DNA of 52,132 nucleotides from an uncultured archaeon. GTDB taxonomy: Archaea; Nanobdellota; Nanobdellia; Pacearchaeales; GW2011-AR1. The DNA lies in NCBI GenBank assembly GCA_937143345.1, contig CAKZRD010000004.1, positions 1 through 52,132 on the forward strand, given 5' to 3'. Shown piece by piece: positions 17,325-27,244 of the stretch; position 1 is the first letter of the stretch; the number at the start of each line of letters is the position of its first letter. Below the pieces are notes generated by a model, which worked only from the letters and a program-made list of their open reading frames with translations, did not search any database and was not told the origin of the DNA. A program made the position numbers and the translations under genes.

Positions 17325-18947
17325 ATGGCAGATACAAAACAAATAATTTTTGGGGATAATGCAAGGCAAGCATTAGTTAGAGGAATTGATAAAGTAGCGA
17401 ATACAGTTAAAGTTACACTTGGACCTTCTGGAAGAACAGTTATTTTAGACAGAAATAGTCCTCTTGTTTCGAATGACGGAGTTACAATAGCAAAAGAGAT
17501 TGAGCTTAAAGACAAGTTTGAAAATATAGGCGCAAAATTAATTAAAGAAATTTCTTCTAAAACACAAGACGCTGCCGGAGACGGAACCACTACAGCTATT
17601 ATTTTAGGTCAGTCAATAATCAAAGAAGGAATGAAAAATATTGCTGCTGGAGCAAACCCTATAGAAATTAAGAGAGGTTTAGAAAAAGCTTCAAAAAAAA
17701 TAATTGATTATTTAAGAAAAAAAAGTGTTGAAGTCAAAGATAAAAAAACAATTTCTCAGGTAGCAAGCATTTCTGCAAACAACGACGAAGAAATAGGAAA
17801 TTTAATTGCAGAAGCAATGGAAAAGGTTGGAAATGAAGGAATTATTACTGTTGAAGATGGGAAAAGTACTGAAACAACGTTGGAGGTAGTTGAAGGTATG
17901 CAGTTTGATAAGGGTTTTATTTCTCCGTATATGGTTACGGATAGTGAAAAAATGATTGCAGAATTAGAAGATTCCTATATTTTAATTACAAATAAAAAAA
18001 TAAGTTCTATAAAACAAATTGTTCATGTTCTTGAAAGTGTTGCTCAAGAAGGCAAATCTCTTTTAATAATTTGTGAGGATTTAGAAGGAGAGGCATTAGC
18101 AGCGATAATAATTAATTTATTAAAAGGAACAGTAAAATGTTGTGCTGTCAAAGCCCCAGGTTTCGGTGACGAACAAAAAGAAATTTTAGAAGATCTTGCC
18201 ATAATAACAGGGGGAAAAGTTATAACAGAAGAAAAAGGATTAAAACTTGAAGAAGTTGGAGAAGATGTTCTAGGGAGTGCAAGAAGAGTCGTTGTTCATG
18301 AAGATAAAACGACAATTATTGAGGGGAGAGGTGATAAAAAAGATATAGAAAAAAGAATTAAAACAATTGAGAATCAAATAAAAAATACAGATTCAAATTA
18401 CAAAAAAGAAGATTTAAAGAAGAGATTAGCTAAATTAGGAAAAGGGGTTGCTGTAATTAAAGTCGGTGCTTCGACAGAGACAGAACTTGAAGAGAAAAAG
18501 TTAAGAATCGATGATGCTTTGAATGCTACGAGGGCCGCTGTAGAAGAAGGTGTTATTGTAGGTGGTGGTGTTTCATTATTAAGAGCAAAAAAAATTTTAG
18601 AAGATAGTTATATAGAAAAAGAGTTTGAAAAAGATGAAAAAGTAGGATTAAACATTTTAAGAAAAGTTTTAGAAGAACCAATAAAACAAATTGTGAAAAA
18701 TTCAGGAAAAGATGAATCAGAGGTTTTAGTCAAGGTTAAAGAAGATAAAAAAGAAAATTTCGGTTATAACGCTAAAACAGGAATGTTTGAAGATTTATTT
18801 CAAGCAGGAGTTATTGATCCAACGAAAGTTGTAAGATCCGCTCTACAAAATTCTGTTTCTGTTTCTAGCTTAGTTTTAACAACAGAAGCGCTTGTTGCCG
18901 ATTTTGAAGAGAAAAAAGACAAAGTTAGTGAAACGATAATAATTTAA
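17325..18947 (+). CDS. groEL: Group I chaperonin GroEL
   Basis: [39 protein letters not shown]; no GGM tail. Confidence 0.97.
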   Translation: MADTKQIIFGDNARQALVRGIDKVANTVKVTLGPSGRTVILDRNSPLVSNDGVTIAKEIELKDKFENIGAKLIKEISSKTQDAAGDGTTTAIILGQSIIKEGMKNIAAGANPIEIKRGLEKASKKIIDYLRKKSVEVKDKKTISQVASISANNDEEIGNLIAEAMEKVGNEGIITVEDGKSTETTLEVVEGMQFDKGFISPYMVTDSEKMIAELEDSYILITNKKISSIKQIVHVLESVAQEGKSLLIICEDLEGEALAAIIINLLKGTVKCCAVKAPGFGDEQKEILEDLAIITGGKVITEEKGLKLEEVGEDVLGSARRVVVHEDKTTIIEGRGDKKDIEKRIKTIENQIKNTDSNYKKEDLKKRLAKLGKGVAVIKVGASTETELEEKKLRIDDALNATRAAVEEGVIVGGGVSLLRAKKILEDSYIEKEFEKDEKVGLNILRKVLEEPIKQIVKNSGKDESEVLVKVKEDKKENFGYNAKTGMFEDLFQAGVIDPTKVVRSALQNSVSVSSLVLTTEALVADFEEKKDKVSETIII

Positions 18948-18969
18948 AAAACTTTTTTCTTATTTTTTT

Positions 18970-19494
18970 ATGAGGATAAATAAAGAAAATTTAAGTGAAA
19001 CAAAAGAAGCTGCAAAATTTCTCCTTGGAAAAATTATTTGTAGAAAAATAAGGAGCAAAATTTTAAGAGCGAAGATTGTTGAAACAGAAGCTTATTTTGA
19101 TGAGAAAGACCCAGCATCTCGTGCTTGTCAAAACGGAGATTTAAAAAAAACAATGCAAATGAAAAAAGGAACAATTTTAGTTTATGGTGTTCATAACAAT
19201 TGGCTTTTAAACATCGTTTGTGGAGATGAGGGAAAAGCAGAAGCTGTTCTTATTAGGGCGATTGAGCCATTAAACTTCGATGGAAAAACAAAAGGTCCCG
19301 GTTTATTAACCAAAGCATTAAAAATAGATAAAAAATTACATAAAAAAAACATTTTCTCTTCGGAAGAATTTTGGATTGAAGAAAATAAAGAAGAGTTTAA
19401 AATTATTGAGAGTTTTAGAATAGGTGTAAAAAAAGATTTAAATGAAAAATTAAGATTTTATATAAAAGATAATAAATTCGTTAGTAAAAAATGA
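18970..19494 (+). CDS. mpg: 3-methyladenine DNA glycosylase (MPG/AAG family)
   Basis: IVETEAY, DPAS, AVLIRAIEP, GPGLLTKAL, RIG. Confidence 0.92.
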   Translation: MRINKENLSETKEAAKFLLGKIICRKIRSKILRAKIVETEAYFDEKDPASRACQNGDLKKTMQMKKGTILVYGVHNNWLLNIVCGDEGKAEAVLIRAIEPLNFDGKTKGPGLLTKALKIDKKLHKKNIFSSEEFWIEENKEEFKIIESFRIGVKKDLNEKLRFYIKDNKFVSKK

Positions 19495-20072
19495 AGTTTG
19501 TTATAGAACATTTGGAAAAAAGAGTTTGGCCATGGTGTTTAATTGAGTATGAAAGTATTAAAGATATCGTAGGAAAAGAAAAACTTATTTTTACGAATAT
19601 AAAAAGAAGAAACAAAAATTTAGAAAAACTTGGGAAATGTTTTAAAGAAAGATTTTTTAAGATTGTTCTTGAAAAAAATATAAATCCAAAAAAAGTTTGT
19701 GTTTTTGATCCGCAAGCAAAAAAAACTATTTCTCCAAATGAAGCTAAAGAGTTTGATTATTTTGTTTTCGGAGGAATTTTAGGAGATCATCCACCAAAAA
19801 AGAGAACAAAAAAAGAATTATCGCCAACATTAAAAGGTTGTATTTTTAGAAATCTCGGTAAGAAACAATTTCCTACAGATAATGCCGTTCTTGTTGTAAA
19901 AAAAATAATTGAAGGAAAAAAGTTCAAAGATTTAAATTTTAAAGACAAACTAGAAATAAAAATTAATGAAATTGAAAGTGTTGAACTTCCTTTTAGATAC
20001 ATGATCGAAGAAGAAAAACCATTTATAAGAGAAAAACTTTTAAATTACATAAAGAGAAAAAGGAAATTTTAA
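19491..20072 (+). CDS. SPOUT methyltransferase, Sfm1/DUF431-like
   Basis: IEHLE..W..EY, GGILGDHPP..RT, LG..Q..TD.AV, VELPFRY. Confidence 0.85.
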   Translation: MKFVIEHLEKRVWPWCLIEYESIKDIVGKEKLIFTNIKRRNKNLEKLGKCFKERFFKIVLEKNINPKKVCVFDPQAKKTISPNEAKEFDYFVFGGILGDHPPKKRTKKELSPTLKGCIFRNLGKKQFPTDNAVLVVKKIIEGKKFKDLNFKDKLEIKINEIESVELPFRYMIEEEKPFIREKLLNYIKRKRKF

Positions 20073-20776
20073 AAAATAAAAGAAGCATAACCAACGACAG
20101 AACTTTTATCTCCAGTGACATCTCCAGAATTTTTGTATTGAATTAATTTCGGTTTCCAATTATTTATTTTACAAAGATTAATTAAAATTAACAAAGGAAA
20201 AACTCCGCATGCAGAATTTTCTTCATTTAAGAAAAATTTTTCTTCTAAGTTTTCTATAGCCATTATTGTTTTTTTGTCTTTTTTTATTGCTTCTTCATAA
20301 GGTAAAAAATGAGACAAATCCGTCGAAAAAACAAAATCACCTTCGAGTTTTGAAATCTTTTCTGCTATATTTTTTGATTCTTCCGGGGAAATATAACTAA
20401 CTATTAGTGGAAGAATTTCTTTATATTTGAGAAATTGTAAAAAAGGAATTTGATTAAAAATTGAATGCTCTCTAGAAAAATCAATTTGTGGAAAATCAGA
20501 AGAAGAAACCTTAATTTTTCCGAGCGGAGTTTCAATGAATTCTTTTAAATAAGAAAAAACGCCTTTAATATTGTAATAATGGTTTGGACCGAGGACAATT
20601 GCTTTTTTATTTTTTGAATTTTTTAAAAAAGAAAACCCTTTTCCTGCAATTTCTCCAGAATATTGATATCCTGCATGAGGAACAATTATACCATTAAATT
20701 TCTCTTTTCTTTTGTCTTTTAAAAATAAGGAAAGAGCTTTTTTTAGTTTTTCTTTGTTTTGTAGATACCAATTCAT
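20069..20776 (-). CDS. amrB: AmmeMemoRadiSam protein B (MEMO1 family)
   Basis: PHAGYQYSG, GPNH, EHS..Q.PF, STDLSH, ACG, SGDVTGD.SSVVGY. Confidence 0.95.
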   Translation of the reverse strand: MNWYLQNKEKLKKALSLFLKDKRKEKFNGIIVPHAGYQYSGEIAGKGFSFLKNSKNKKAIVLGPNHYYNIKGVFSYLKEFIETPLGKIKVSSSDFPQIDFSREHSIFNQIPFLQFLKYKEILPLIVSYISPEESKNIAEKISKLEGDFVFSTDLSHFLPYEEAIKKDKKTIMAIENLEEKFFLNEENSACGVFPLLILINLCKINNWKPKLIQYKNSGDVTGDKSSVVGYASFIF

Positions 20777-20809
20777 AAGAAATATAAATATTTAAAGTTT
20801 AAAATAATT

Positions 20810-21685
20810 ATGGAAAAAGCAATTTTTTATAAAAAGGAAGAAAATTTTGTAAAGTGTTTTGCTTGTAACCACAAATGTTCAATTTCTGAAGGAAAAAAAG
20901 GATTTTGTGGTGTAAGAAAGAATATAGACGGAGATTTGTTTCTTTTGACATATGGAAAAGTTTCAGCAGAACATATTGATCCAATAGAAAAGAAGCCACT
21001 TTATCATTTTTTGCCAGGGAGTTTTAGTTATTCTATCGGAGGATTTGGGTGTAATTTTCTTTGTCCATGGTGTCAAAATTTTGAAATTTCTCAATGTAAA
21101 AAAAGTTTTTGTGTAAAAAAAAGAAAACCAGAAGAAATAGTGAAATCTGCTTTAGAATATTCTTGTCCTTCAATTTCTTATACTTACAATGAACCTTCAA
21201 TATGGGCAGAGTTTGTTTACGATATTTCAAAATTAGCAAAGAAAAACAATTTAAAAAATGTTTGGGTTACGAATGGTTATTTTTCCGAGGAAGTTCTTAA
21301 CTTTTTCATGAAAGAAAAATTAATAGATGCTATGAATATCGATTTAAAAGCATTTAAAAAAGAAACCTACGAAAAATATTGTGGGGCAAATCTTAAAAAA
21401 ATTTTAAATTCAATAAAAAAAGCACACAAGAAAAAAATTCATATTGAAATAACTAGTTTAATAATACCAAATTTAAATGATTCTGAAAAAGAATTAAAAG
21501 AAATGGCAAAGTTTATTTTTTCTTTAGATAAAAGAGGTGAAGTTCCTTGGCATATTTCAAGATTTTTTCCGATGTATAAATTTTGTGACGAAAAATATTT
21601 TATTACTCCTTTAGAAAAATTGAAAAAAGCCGAAGATATAGGAAAAAATGAAGGACTTAAATATATTTATTTAGGGAATGTTTAG
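20810..21685 (+). CDS. amrS: AmmeMemoRadiSam radical SAM enzyme
   Basis: C..C..C..G.CGVR, DPIEKKPLYHF.PG, CNFLCPWCQN, YTYNEP, WHISRFFP.YK, YIYLGNV. Confidence 0.95.
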   Translation: MEKAIFYKKEENFVKCFACNHKCSISEGKKGFCGVRKNIDGDLFLLTYGKVSAEHIDPIEKKPLYHFLPGSFSYSIGGFGCNFLCPWCQNFEISQCKKSFCVKKRKPEEIVKSALEYSCPSISYTYNEPSIWAEFVYDISKLAKKNNLKNVWVTNGYFSEEVLNFFMKEKLIDAMNIDLKAFKKETYEKYCGANLKKILNSIKKAHKKKIHIEITSLIIPNLNDSEKELKEMAKFIFSLDKRGEVPWHISRFFPMYKFCDEKYFITPLEKLKKAEDIGKNEGLKYIYLGNV

Positions 21686-21722
21686 TAAAATTAAAAAATT
21701 TATTTTTTGCAGAATGTAAAAG

Positions 21723-21795
21723 TAGCCCCACCAGGATTCGAACCTGGGCCACAGCCTCCAAAGGGCTGTATCCTTGACCGCTAGACGATGGGGCT
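21723..21795 (-). tRNA. tRNA-Gln(UUG)
   Basis: AGCCCCA/TGGGGCT acceptor stem (A1-U72, archaeal Gln type), anticodon arm CAGCC-CTTTGGA-GGCTG, TTCGAAT T-loop; CCA not encoded. Confidence 0.96.
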
Positions 21796-21838
21796 ATAAA
21801 TTACACAATATAAAAACAAAAACTATTTTTAAGTTTTC

Positions 21839-22840
21839 TTATTTCCATTCAACTTTGACAATATCTGTTCTTTCCCGAGGATTGAAATCAGCTTTATTTA
21901 ATTCTTCTGGCTTGAAGAAAATCTTTTTTTCAAACATCTTTAAACCAAGATAAGCAATCATCGCGGCATTATCTAAAAGAAATTGTTTTTCAGGAATAAA
22001 AAGTTTACATCCCCTTTCTTTACACATTATCTTACACATTTCTTGAAGACGAGAATTACAAGCAACACCCCCACCTAATAAAAGTTCTTTTTTTCCTAAA
22101 TGAGCCAATGCTCTTTCAGCTGCTTCTACAAGCATAGCAAAAGATGTTTCTTGCATAGAAAAAGCTAAATCTTCTTTTTTTTCTCCTTTATTTTTTAAAT
22201 GAATAAGTTTCGCGAGTATTCCAGAAAAAGAAACATCCATTCCCTTTATAGGGTAAGAAATTTCGAGATATTTTTTTCCTTTTTTTGCCATTTCTTCTAT
22301 TTTCGGACCTCCTGGAAATCCAATTCCTAATTCTCTTGCAAAACAATCTATAAAGTTTCCTATTCCTAAATCAAGAGTTTCTCCAAAGATACGATATTTT
22401 TTTCCTTCGTAAGCGATTATTTGAGTATTCGCTCCAGATACATAAAGTAAAACAGGGTCTTTTGCACCAGTTAGTTCACCTATTTCTAAATGAGCTATAC
22501 AATGGTTAACGCAAACAAGGGGAATTTTAAAGGAAGAAGATATTTTTTTTGCGAAAATCATTCCTTCTTTTAAGCACGGAGCCAAACCTGGAGAAGAAGA
22601 AACAGCAACGGCAATAATTTCTTTTTCATTTATTTTTGTTTTTTCAAGAGCCTTTTTAAAAAGAAATTCAGCAATCTTCATATGATGTTTTCCTAATTCT
22701 GTAGGAATTAAACCACCTTTTTCCGTAGTAAAAACATCTTTTATGTTACAAAGAATTTTTTTTGTTTTTTTTTCAATAAAAGAAATACCAAAAGTATGTG
22801 CCGTGCATTCTATTCCAAGAAGATAATTTTTTTTTACCAT
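21839..22840 (-). CDS. kae1: tRNA N6-adenosine threonylcarbamoyltransferase Kae1
   Basis: GIECTAHT, VNHCIAHLE, VSGANTQ, GETLD, GGVACN, DNAAMIA. Confidence 0.97.
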   Translation of the reverse strand: MVKKNYLLGIECTAHTFGISFIEKKTKKILCNIKDVFTTEKGGLIPTELGKHHMKIAEFLFKKALEKTKINEKEIIAVAVSSSPGLAPCLKEGMIFAKKISSSFKIPLVCVNHCIAHLEIGELTGAKDPVLLYVSGANTQIIAYEGKKYRIFGETLDLGIGNFIDCFARELGIGFPGGPKIEEMAKKGKKYLEISYPIKGMDVSFSGILAKLIHLKNKGEKKEDLAFSMQETSFAMLVEAAERALAHLGKKELLLGGGVACNSRLQEMCKIMCKERGCKLFIPEKQFLLDNAAMIAYLGLKMFEKKIFFKPEELNKADFNPRERTDIVKVEWK

Positions 22841-22855
22841 AAGAAGTTTTTTATT

Positions 22856-23584
22856 TTATGAGTCTAAAATTTTGTAAATATTTAAAGCATCTTTTAAATT
22901 TATTAAAGGTTTTTCCGTCGATAAAATATCATCAAGTCCAATTCTTGGACAGGCAGTGTTAATCCAACAATCAATAAAGGAAAAATTTTCAAGTTCTTTT
23001 AAATCTACGAAGTCACAAACGAAAACAAAAACCTCTTTGCCTTTTTTTTCAATTTCTTTTTTAAGACTAAAGCAACTTTCCAAATAGTTCTGCCCATATT
23101 TTGTTGAAGAAATTATTCCTATTTTTTTTGCGTTTAAAAAAATTCTTAAATTTCTTTTTAATTTAGAGATTATATTTTGAATATCTTTTATTGTTAAGAT
23201 AGTTAGGCTCTTCTTTAAAGGATTAAAAACAAAAATATTTTTTCTAAAATTTTCTTTCTGAGCCAACAACAAAGAAAAAGGGTGGAAAAGGCCATCACCG
23301 ATGTATAGAATATCTGAAGAAGAATTAAAAATATCTTCTGAAAAACTATCTGAATAACAGTCACAACCCAGAATTTGTCCCTTTTTTAATGTTCTTTTTG
23401 CCTTAGTTTTTTTTATTTTTATTCCAATATTTTCTAATTGTTTTTCTATATTTTTCGTGTTAAACTGAACAGAAGAAAAAATAAAAAGAGAATTAATTTT
23501 TTTTTCTTTTAAAGATTTAATTGAATTTTCATCTAAAAAAATTTCTTCATCAAATTCACACGGGACAAAAATTATTTTTACCAT
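22856..23584 (-). CDS. dph2: Diphthamide synthesis Dph2, C-terminal two domains (split gene)
   Basis: GQILGC, GDGLFH, STKYGQ, TACPRI..DD. Confidence 0.88.
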   Translation of the reverse strand: MVKIIFVPCEFDEEIFLDENSIKSLKEKKINSLFIFSSVQFNTKNIEKQLENIGIKIKKTKAKRTLKKGQILGCDCYSDSFSEDIFNSSSDILYIGDGLFHPFSLLLAQKENFRKNIFVFNPLKKSLTILTIKDIQNIISKLKRNLRIFLNAKKIGIISSTKYGQNYLESCFSLKKEIEKKGKEVFVFVCDFVDLKELENFSFIDCWINTACPRIGLDDILSTEKPLINLKDALNIYKILDS

Positions 23585-23841
23585 TCTTTTTCTTTTATAT
23601 ATTTATTATGTCCAAATTGAACAATTAAGTCAACTCCAATATTTTTAACTTGGAAAGGGATATCACAACCACCAAAGCAATTTCCAAGCCAAATAAGGAT
23701 TTTTGCTTTTGTTTTTTTCTCTAAGAATTTTGTTATATTTTCTGCTTTTTGTTTTAATCCATCGGGAAGTTGAATTAAAATTTTCTTAAATTTCCCCTTA
23801 ATTATTCTTTTAGATAAACTTTCTAAATTAAGATTATACAT
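23578..23841 (-). CDS. dph2: Diphthamide synthesis Dph2, N-terminal domain (split gene)
   Basis: IQLPDGLK, CFGGCD, QFGH. Confidence 0.88.
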   Translation of the reverse strand: MYNLNLESLSKRIIKGKFKKILIQLPDGLKQKAENITKFLEKKTKAKILIWLGNCFGGCDIPFQVKNIGVDLIVQFGHNKYIKEKEW

Positions 23842-23847
23842 AAAACC

Positions 23848-24429
23848 TCAAAAAATATTTTCTTCTATTAAATTTTTGTCTTTTATCGCTTTTATAGCTC
23901 TTTTTATGTTGTCGTCTAATTGCTTCATAGAATATTCTAATTGCTCCTTGTTTTTTGTTCCTGTGCAAACAAGTTTTCCATTACTAAACAAAAGGAATGT
24001 TGCAGGGGGTTCGATAAGTTTATAAACAAGGCCTGGAAATTGTTCAGGTTCATATTCTGTATTTTCAAGTTCTAAAGAAAGAAGGTTTAGATTTAAGTTT
24101 AATTTGATTTCTCCAGAAGCAACAATATTCTGAACAGTTATTTTTGGTATTATTGTTACTTTAACCCCTATTTTTTTTAATTGTTTTATTACTTGGTTAA
24201 CGACATCTCTCACTTGAGCAACAGATTTAACTCCTGTACAAACAAGTTTTCCAGAAGAAAAAACAAGGACAGCAGACTTAGGTTCTTTAATCCTTAAAAC
24301 AAGACCGGGGAATGTTTCTGGATTGTATTCAGTATTTGGTTGTGTTTTTGCTAGTTTGGAAAGAGAGATATTTGTTTCTAAAGAAGTTGTAGCAACAATA
24401 TTCTGCACTTTCAAATTTTTTTCCCTCAT
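23848..24429 (-). CDS. tbp: TATA-box binding protein
   Basis: Two repeats: QNIVA..EYNPETFPGLV..FSSGKLVCTG and QNIVA..EYEPEQFPGLV..FSNGKLVCTG. Confidence 0.98.
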   Translation of the reverse strand: MREKNLKVQNIVATTSLETNISLSKLAKTQPNTEYNPETFPGLVLRIKEPKSAVLVFSSGKLVCTGVKSVAQVRDVVNQVIKQLKKIGVKVTIIPKITVQNIVASGEIKLNLNLNLLSLELENTEYEPEQFPGLVYKLIEPPATFLLFSNGKLVCTGTKNKEQLEYSMKQLDDNIKRAIKAIKDKNLIEENIF

Positions 24430-24431
24430 AA

Positions 24432-25211
24432 TTATGTTAAAAGATAATCTCCTTTTAAGACTTTCTTCGGATAAACAACAAAAATTTGTTTATTTTTTAT
24501 TTCAAAAGAGACTATTCTTCTTTTTATGTTTATTCCTCTAAGTTTTAAAATTTCTAAAGCCCTTTCTCTAATTCCATTCTTTCTTAAAACATTATATAAA
24601 ATAATTATTCCATCAGATAAAAAAGAAACAGCTTCCCCCTGTTCAACAAAATTCGTTCCTATATGCGTGGGGTTTGCTACCTCTCTTATTAAAAAAGAAG
24701 TTATCTTATGCGCTTCTAAATATCTAAAAAGCTGTTCCATATAAATTCTAAAACGAGAACTCTCCCCAGAAAAAGCACTAGAAATACTTGAAAGAGAGTC
24801 GATAAGAACAATATCCGGATTAAAATTTTTGGGAATTAAAACCGGCTGGATATCGATTAAAAGTTCTTTTTTTGCTTCAGAAAGCAAGGCCTCTACACTT
24901 CTAGCTATGTCTAAAGCATTAAATCTCTTTAAATAAATTAATCCTTTTTTTTCTAAATCTAAATAGTTTATACCAATATTTTCTAAATGTTCTCTTAATC
25001 TTCCCTCTGGTTCTTCAAAGCTCATAAATAAAACTTTTTTTCCTCTATTGCAAAAGTTTTTTAATAAATTTAAACAAAAAATTGTTTTTCCGTTACCAGG
25101 ACCACCTTCTATTAAAACAGAACTTCCAATCGGTATTCCTTCTCCTAAAAGTTCATCAAATCCTTCAATTCCTGTTTTAAGAAATTTTTCTTCTTTTACC
25201 TCTTTTTTCAT
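24432..25211 (-). CDS. KaiC/RAD55-family single-domain ATPase
   Basis: TGIEGFD, GGPGNGKT, SFEE, IDSL, SDGII, LKLRG. Confidence 0.92.
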   Translation of the reverse strand: MKKEVKEEKFLKTGIEGFDELLGEGIPIGSSVLIEGGPGNGKTIFCLNLLKNFCNRGKKVLFMSFEEPEGRLREHLENIGINYLDLEKKGLIYLKRFNALDIARSVEALLSEAKKELLIDIQPVLIPKNFNPDIVLIDSLSSISSAFSGESSRFRIYMEQLFRYLEAHKITSFLIREVANPTHIGTNFVEQGEAVSFLSDGIIILYNVLRKNGIRERALEILKLRGINIKRRIVSFEIKNKQIFVVYPKKVLKGDYLLT

Positions 25212-25233
25212 AATAATTTTTCCATTCTTTTAT

Positions 25234-25707
25234 TTAAAAACTTTTCTTTTTTATTTTTTCCAAAGGATTAAATAGTGGTTCAAACCTTTTTCTTCTTCTT
25301 AAATTTAAAAGATATTTTAAAAGAATAAAACCAAAAAACCCAAATAAAAAACCGAGTAGAAAAATCTGGATAAAACTAAAAAAACTATCTCCGGTTTTCT
25401 CAGCAATTACATTCCCAGTGATGTTATTTGATAAAAAAAATAAACCAAAAAGAGGGAGAAGAAATATAGAACCAAAAACTAATTTTTTCCTTCTTTTTTT
25501 ATTTAAATATTTTTTGTATCTTTCTCTATTTTTCGGCGTTAAATTTTTGTAGAAAAAAGTATCTTCGTAATTAATAAACTTACCAAATTTTGCAGATATT
25601 TTTTGTTCTATTTTTATAATTCTATCAATCAAATCATTCTCTAAAAACTCTTCTTTATCTTTTTTTGTTTTTAATATCTCTATTTGCATTTTTCTTTTTT
25701 CTTTCAT
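25234..25707 (-). CDS. Hypothetical two-TM membrane protein with ITGNVI loop
   Basis: Two hydrophobic helices flanking NNITGNVIAE. Confidence 0.7.
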   Translation of the reverse strand: MKEKRKMQIEILKTKKDKEEFLENDLIDRIIKIEQKISAKFGKFINYEDTFFYKNLTPKNRERYKKYLNKKRRKKLVFGSIFLLPLFGLFFLSNNITGNVIAEKTGDSFFSFIQIFLLGFLFGFFGFILLKYLLNLRRRKRFEPLFNPLEKIKKKSF

Positions 25708-26536
25708 TTATTTCTTCTAATTGTTCTTTTAACAAAGAAATTTGTCTGTCTATATCTCTTACTAATTCAGAGAGCTTTTTATTCTTTATTGTGAACTCAA
25801 CTTCAGAAATTTTTCCTTTGTTGAAATAAATATTCTGGTTTTTTGCTATTAAATCTTTAATAGATTTTTTTCTCATCTCTAAATATAACATTTTTCTTTT
25901 AAGAAAAAATAGTTTGATAGGTGTTTTAAAAAAATGAATTAAAATTAAAAAAACTAAAATAGAAATAAAAAGAGGTTGCCATTTTTCTCTTAAAAATCTT
26001 TTCATATTTTTTGTAGTCGAATCATAAAAAGTTCTTGTGAAAGATAATTTTGATTGTTCTTCTGTTATTTTTATATAGGTTTTTTCAATTAAATCATCGA
26101 TAATTTCATATCTTTCGTTTTTCATCTCTCTGTTTATTTGGGAAAAAAGATAATCTATATCCGAAGAATTAATATTTTTACCATAATTTTCATAAAATCT
26201 TTCTAATGCTTTTATTTTATCTCGCATACTCAAAGCAGCGAATTTTATTGTTTCAATTTCAGAGCATTTTTTTAAAATTTTTGAATAATCTGTTTCTAGG
26301 TTTTTCGATTTAAGAATTTGCTGAGCTTCAAAAAGTGTTTTTGCTTCTTTTATAGTATCATTAACACGAATAACGGAAAAACCTTCTTTTGCTAAATCTT
26401 CCATTATGATATATGAATTATTTATACACAAAGCAGATCTTTCTTCTTCTGTTATTTTTAAATCTTGGGCAGAAATAAAACTAAACAAAAAAAACATACA
26501 AAAGAAAACCAACACTTCTTTTTCTTTATAATTCAT
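25655..26536 (-). CDS. Hypothetical secreted helical protein with internal TM and C-terminal coiled coil
   Basis: Signal peptide ending ISA-Q, helical body, TM around aa 187-204. Confidence 0.7.
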   Translation of the reverse strand: MNYKEKEVLVFFCMFFLFSFISAQDLKITEEERSALCINNSYIIMEDLAKEGFSVIRVNDTIKEAKTLFEAQQILKSKNLETDYSKILKKCSEIETIKFAALSMRDKIKALERFYENYGKNINSSDIDYLFSQINREMKNERYEIIDDLIEKTYIKITEEQSKLSFTRTFYDSTTKNMKRFLREKWQPLFISILVFLILIHFFKTPIKLFFLKRKMLYLEMRKKSIKDLIAKNQNIYFNKGKISEVEFTIKNKKLSELVRDIDRQISLLKEQLEEINERKKKNANRDIKNKKR

Positions 26537-26604
26537 CTATATTAAAATTAAATCTTATTTAAAAAGCTTTTTGTTTAAACGCTCCTGCCGAGTAAATCGC
26601 CAGT

Positions 26605-27132
26605 GTGGAATTCGCAGGGACGCATTTTGATAAATCTATGGAGAATGGTAAACTTCCGCCAGAATTATGCGATAACTCTGAATGTAAGAACCTTAAACTA
26701 TTTGATGATAAAAACTTGCTTAAAGAATGGAGAAACTCAAGAAAAGGTTTATGGTTTGAAGATAAGGCAGGCAATATTCTTCATGGGGAAATAGATAACT
26801 TAATGGTGAATAAAACAAATAATAAACTTATCGTTTTGGATTATAAAACCCGTGGCTTTCCTTTGAAAGAAGATACGTATGAGCATTATCAAGACCAACT
26901 TAACATTTATGCTTGGCTTCTTGAAAAATTAGGGCATAAAGTAGAAGACTTTGCTTATTTGTTATTCTATCATCCAAAAGAAGTTCTTGAAACAGGAGAA
27001 GTTGTTTTTAATACGGATTTAAAGAAAATGAAAATCTCTCCAGAAGATGCCGAGAAGCTTTTCAGCAAAGCAATAAAAATGCTTAATGAAGATTGCCCTA
27101 AAGAGAGTTGTGTTTGGTGTGAGAAGGTTTGA
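26605..27132 (+). pseudogene. PD-(D/E)XK nuclease (RecB/Cas4-like), probably 5'-truncated
   Basis: GEIDNL, VLDYKT, QLNIY, C-terminal C..C pair; no N-terminal SPS/CPRC segment; GTG start at the island edge. Confidence 0.7.
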
Positions 27133-27244
27133 GATACTAGTGGCGTGTAGCTCTCAAACCCTCATCGAATTCGATACTTTAATAATCCCTAACAAGTTTA
27201 AATTACTAATTGAATGAAATGAAAATTAAAAATTCATTACAACT

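Noticed and set aside
26590-26616. Resemblance of CGCCAGTGTGGAATTCGC to a cloning-vector polylinker
   Set aside because: Short and gapped match that coincides with a plausible att boundary; not enough to call contamination, though a read check is cheap.
26605-27132. Cas4/CRISPR locus
   Set aside because: No repeat-spacer array or other cas genes in the window; treated as a solo PD-(D/E)XK nuclease fragment.
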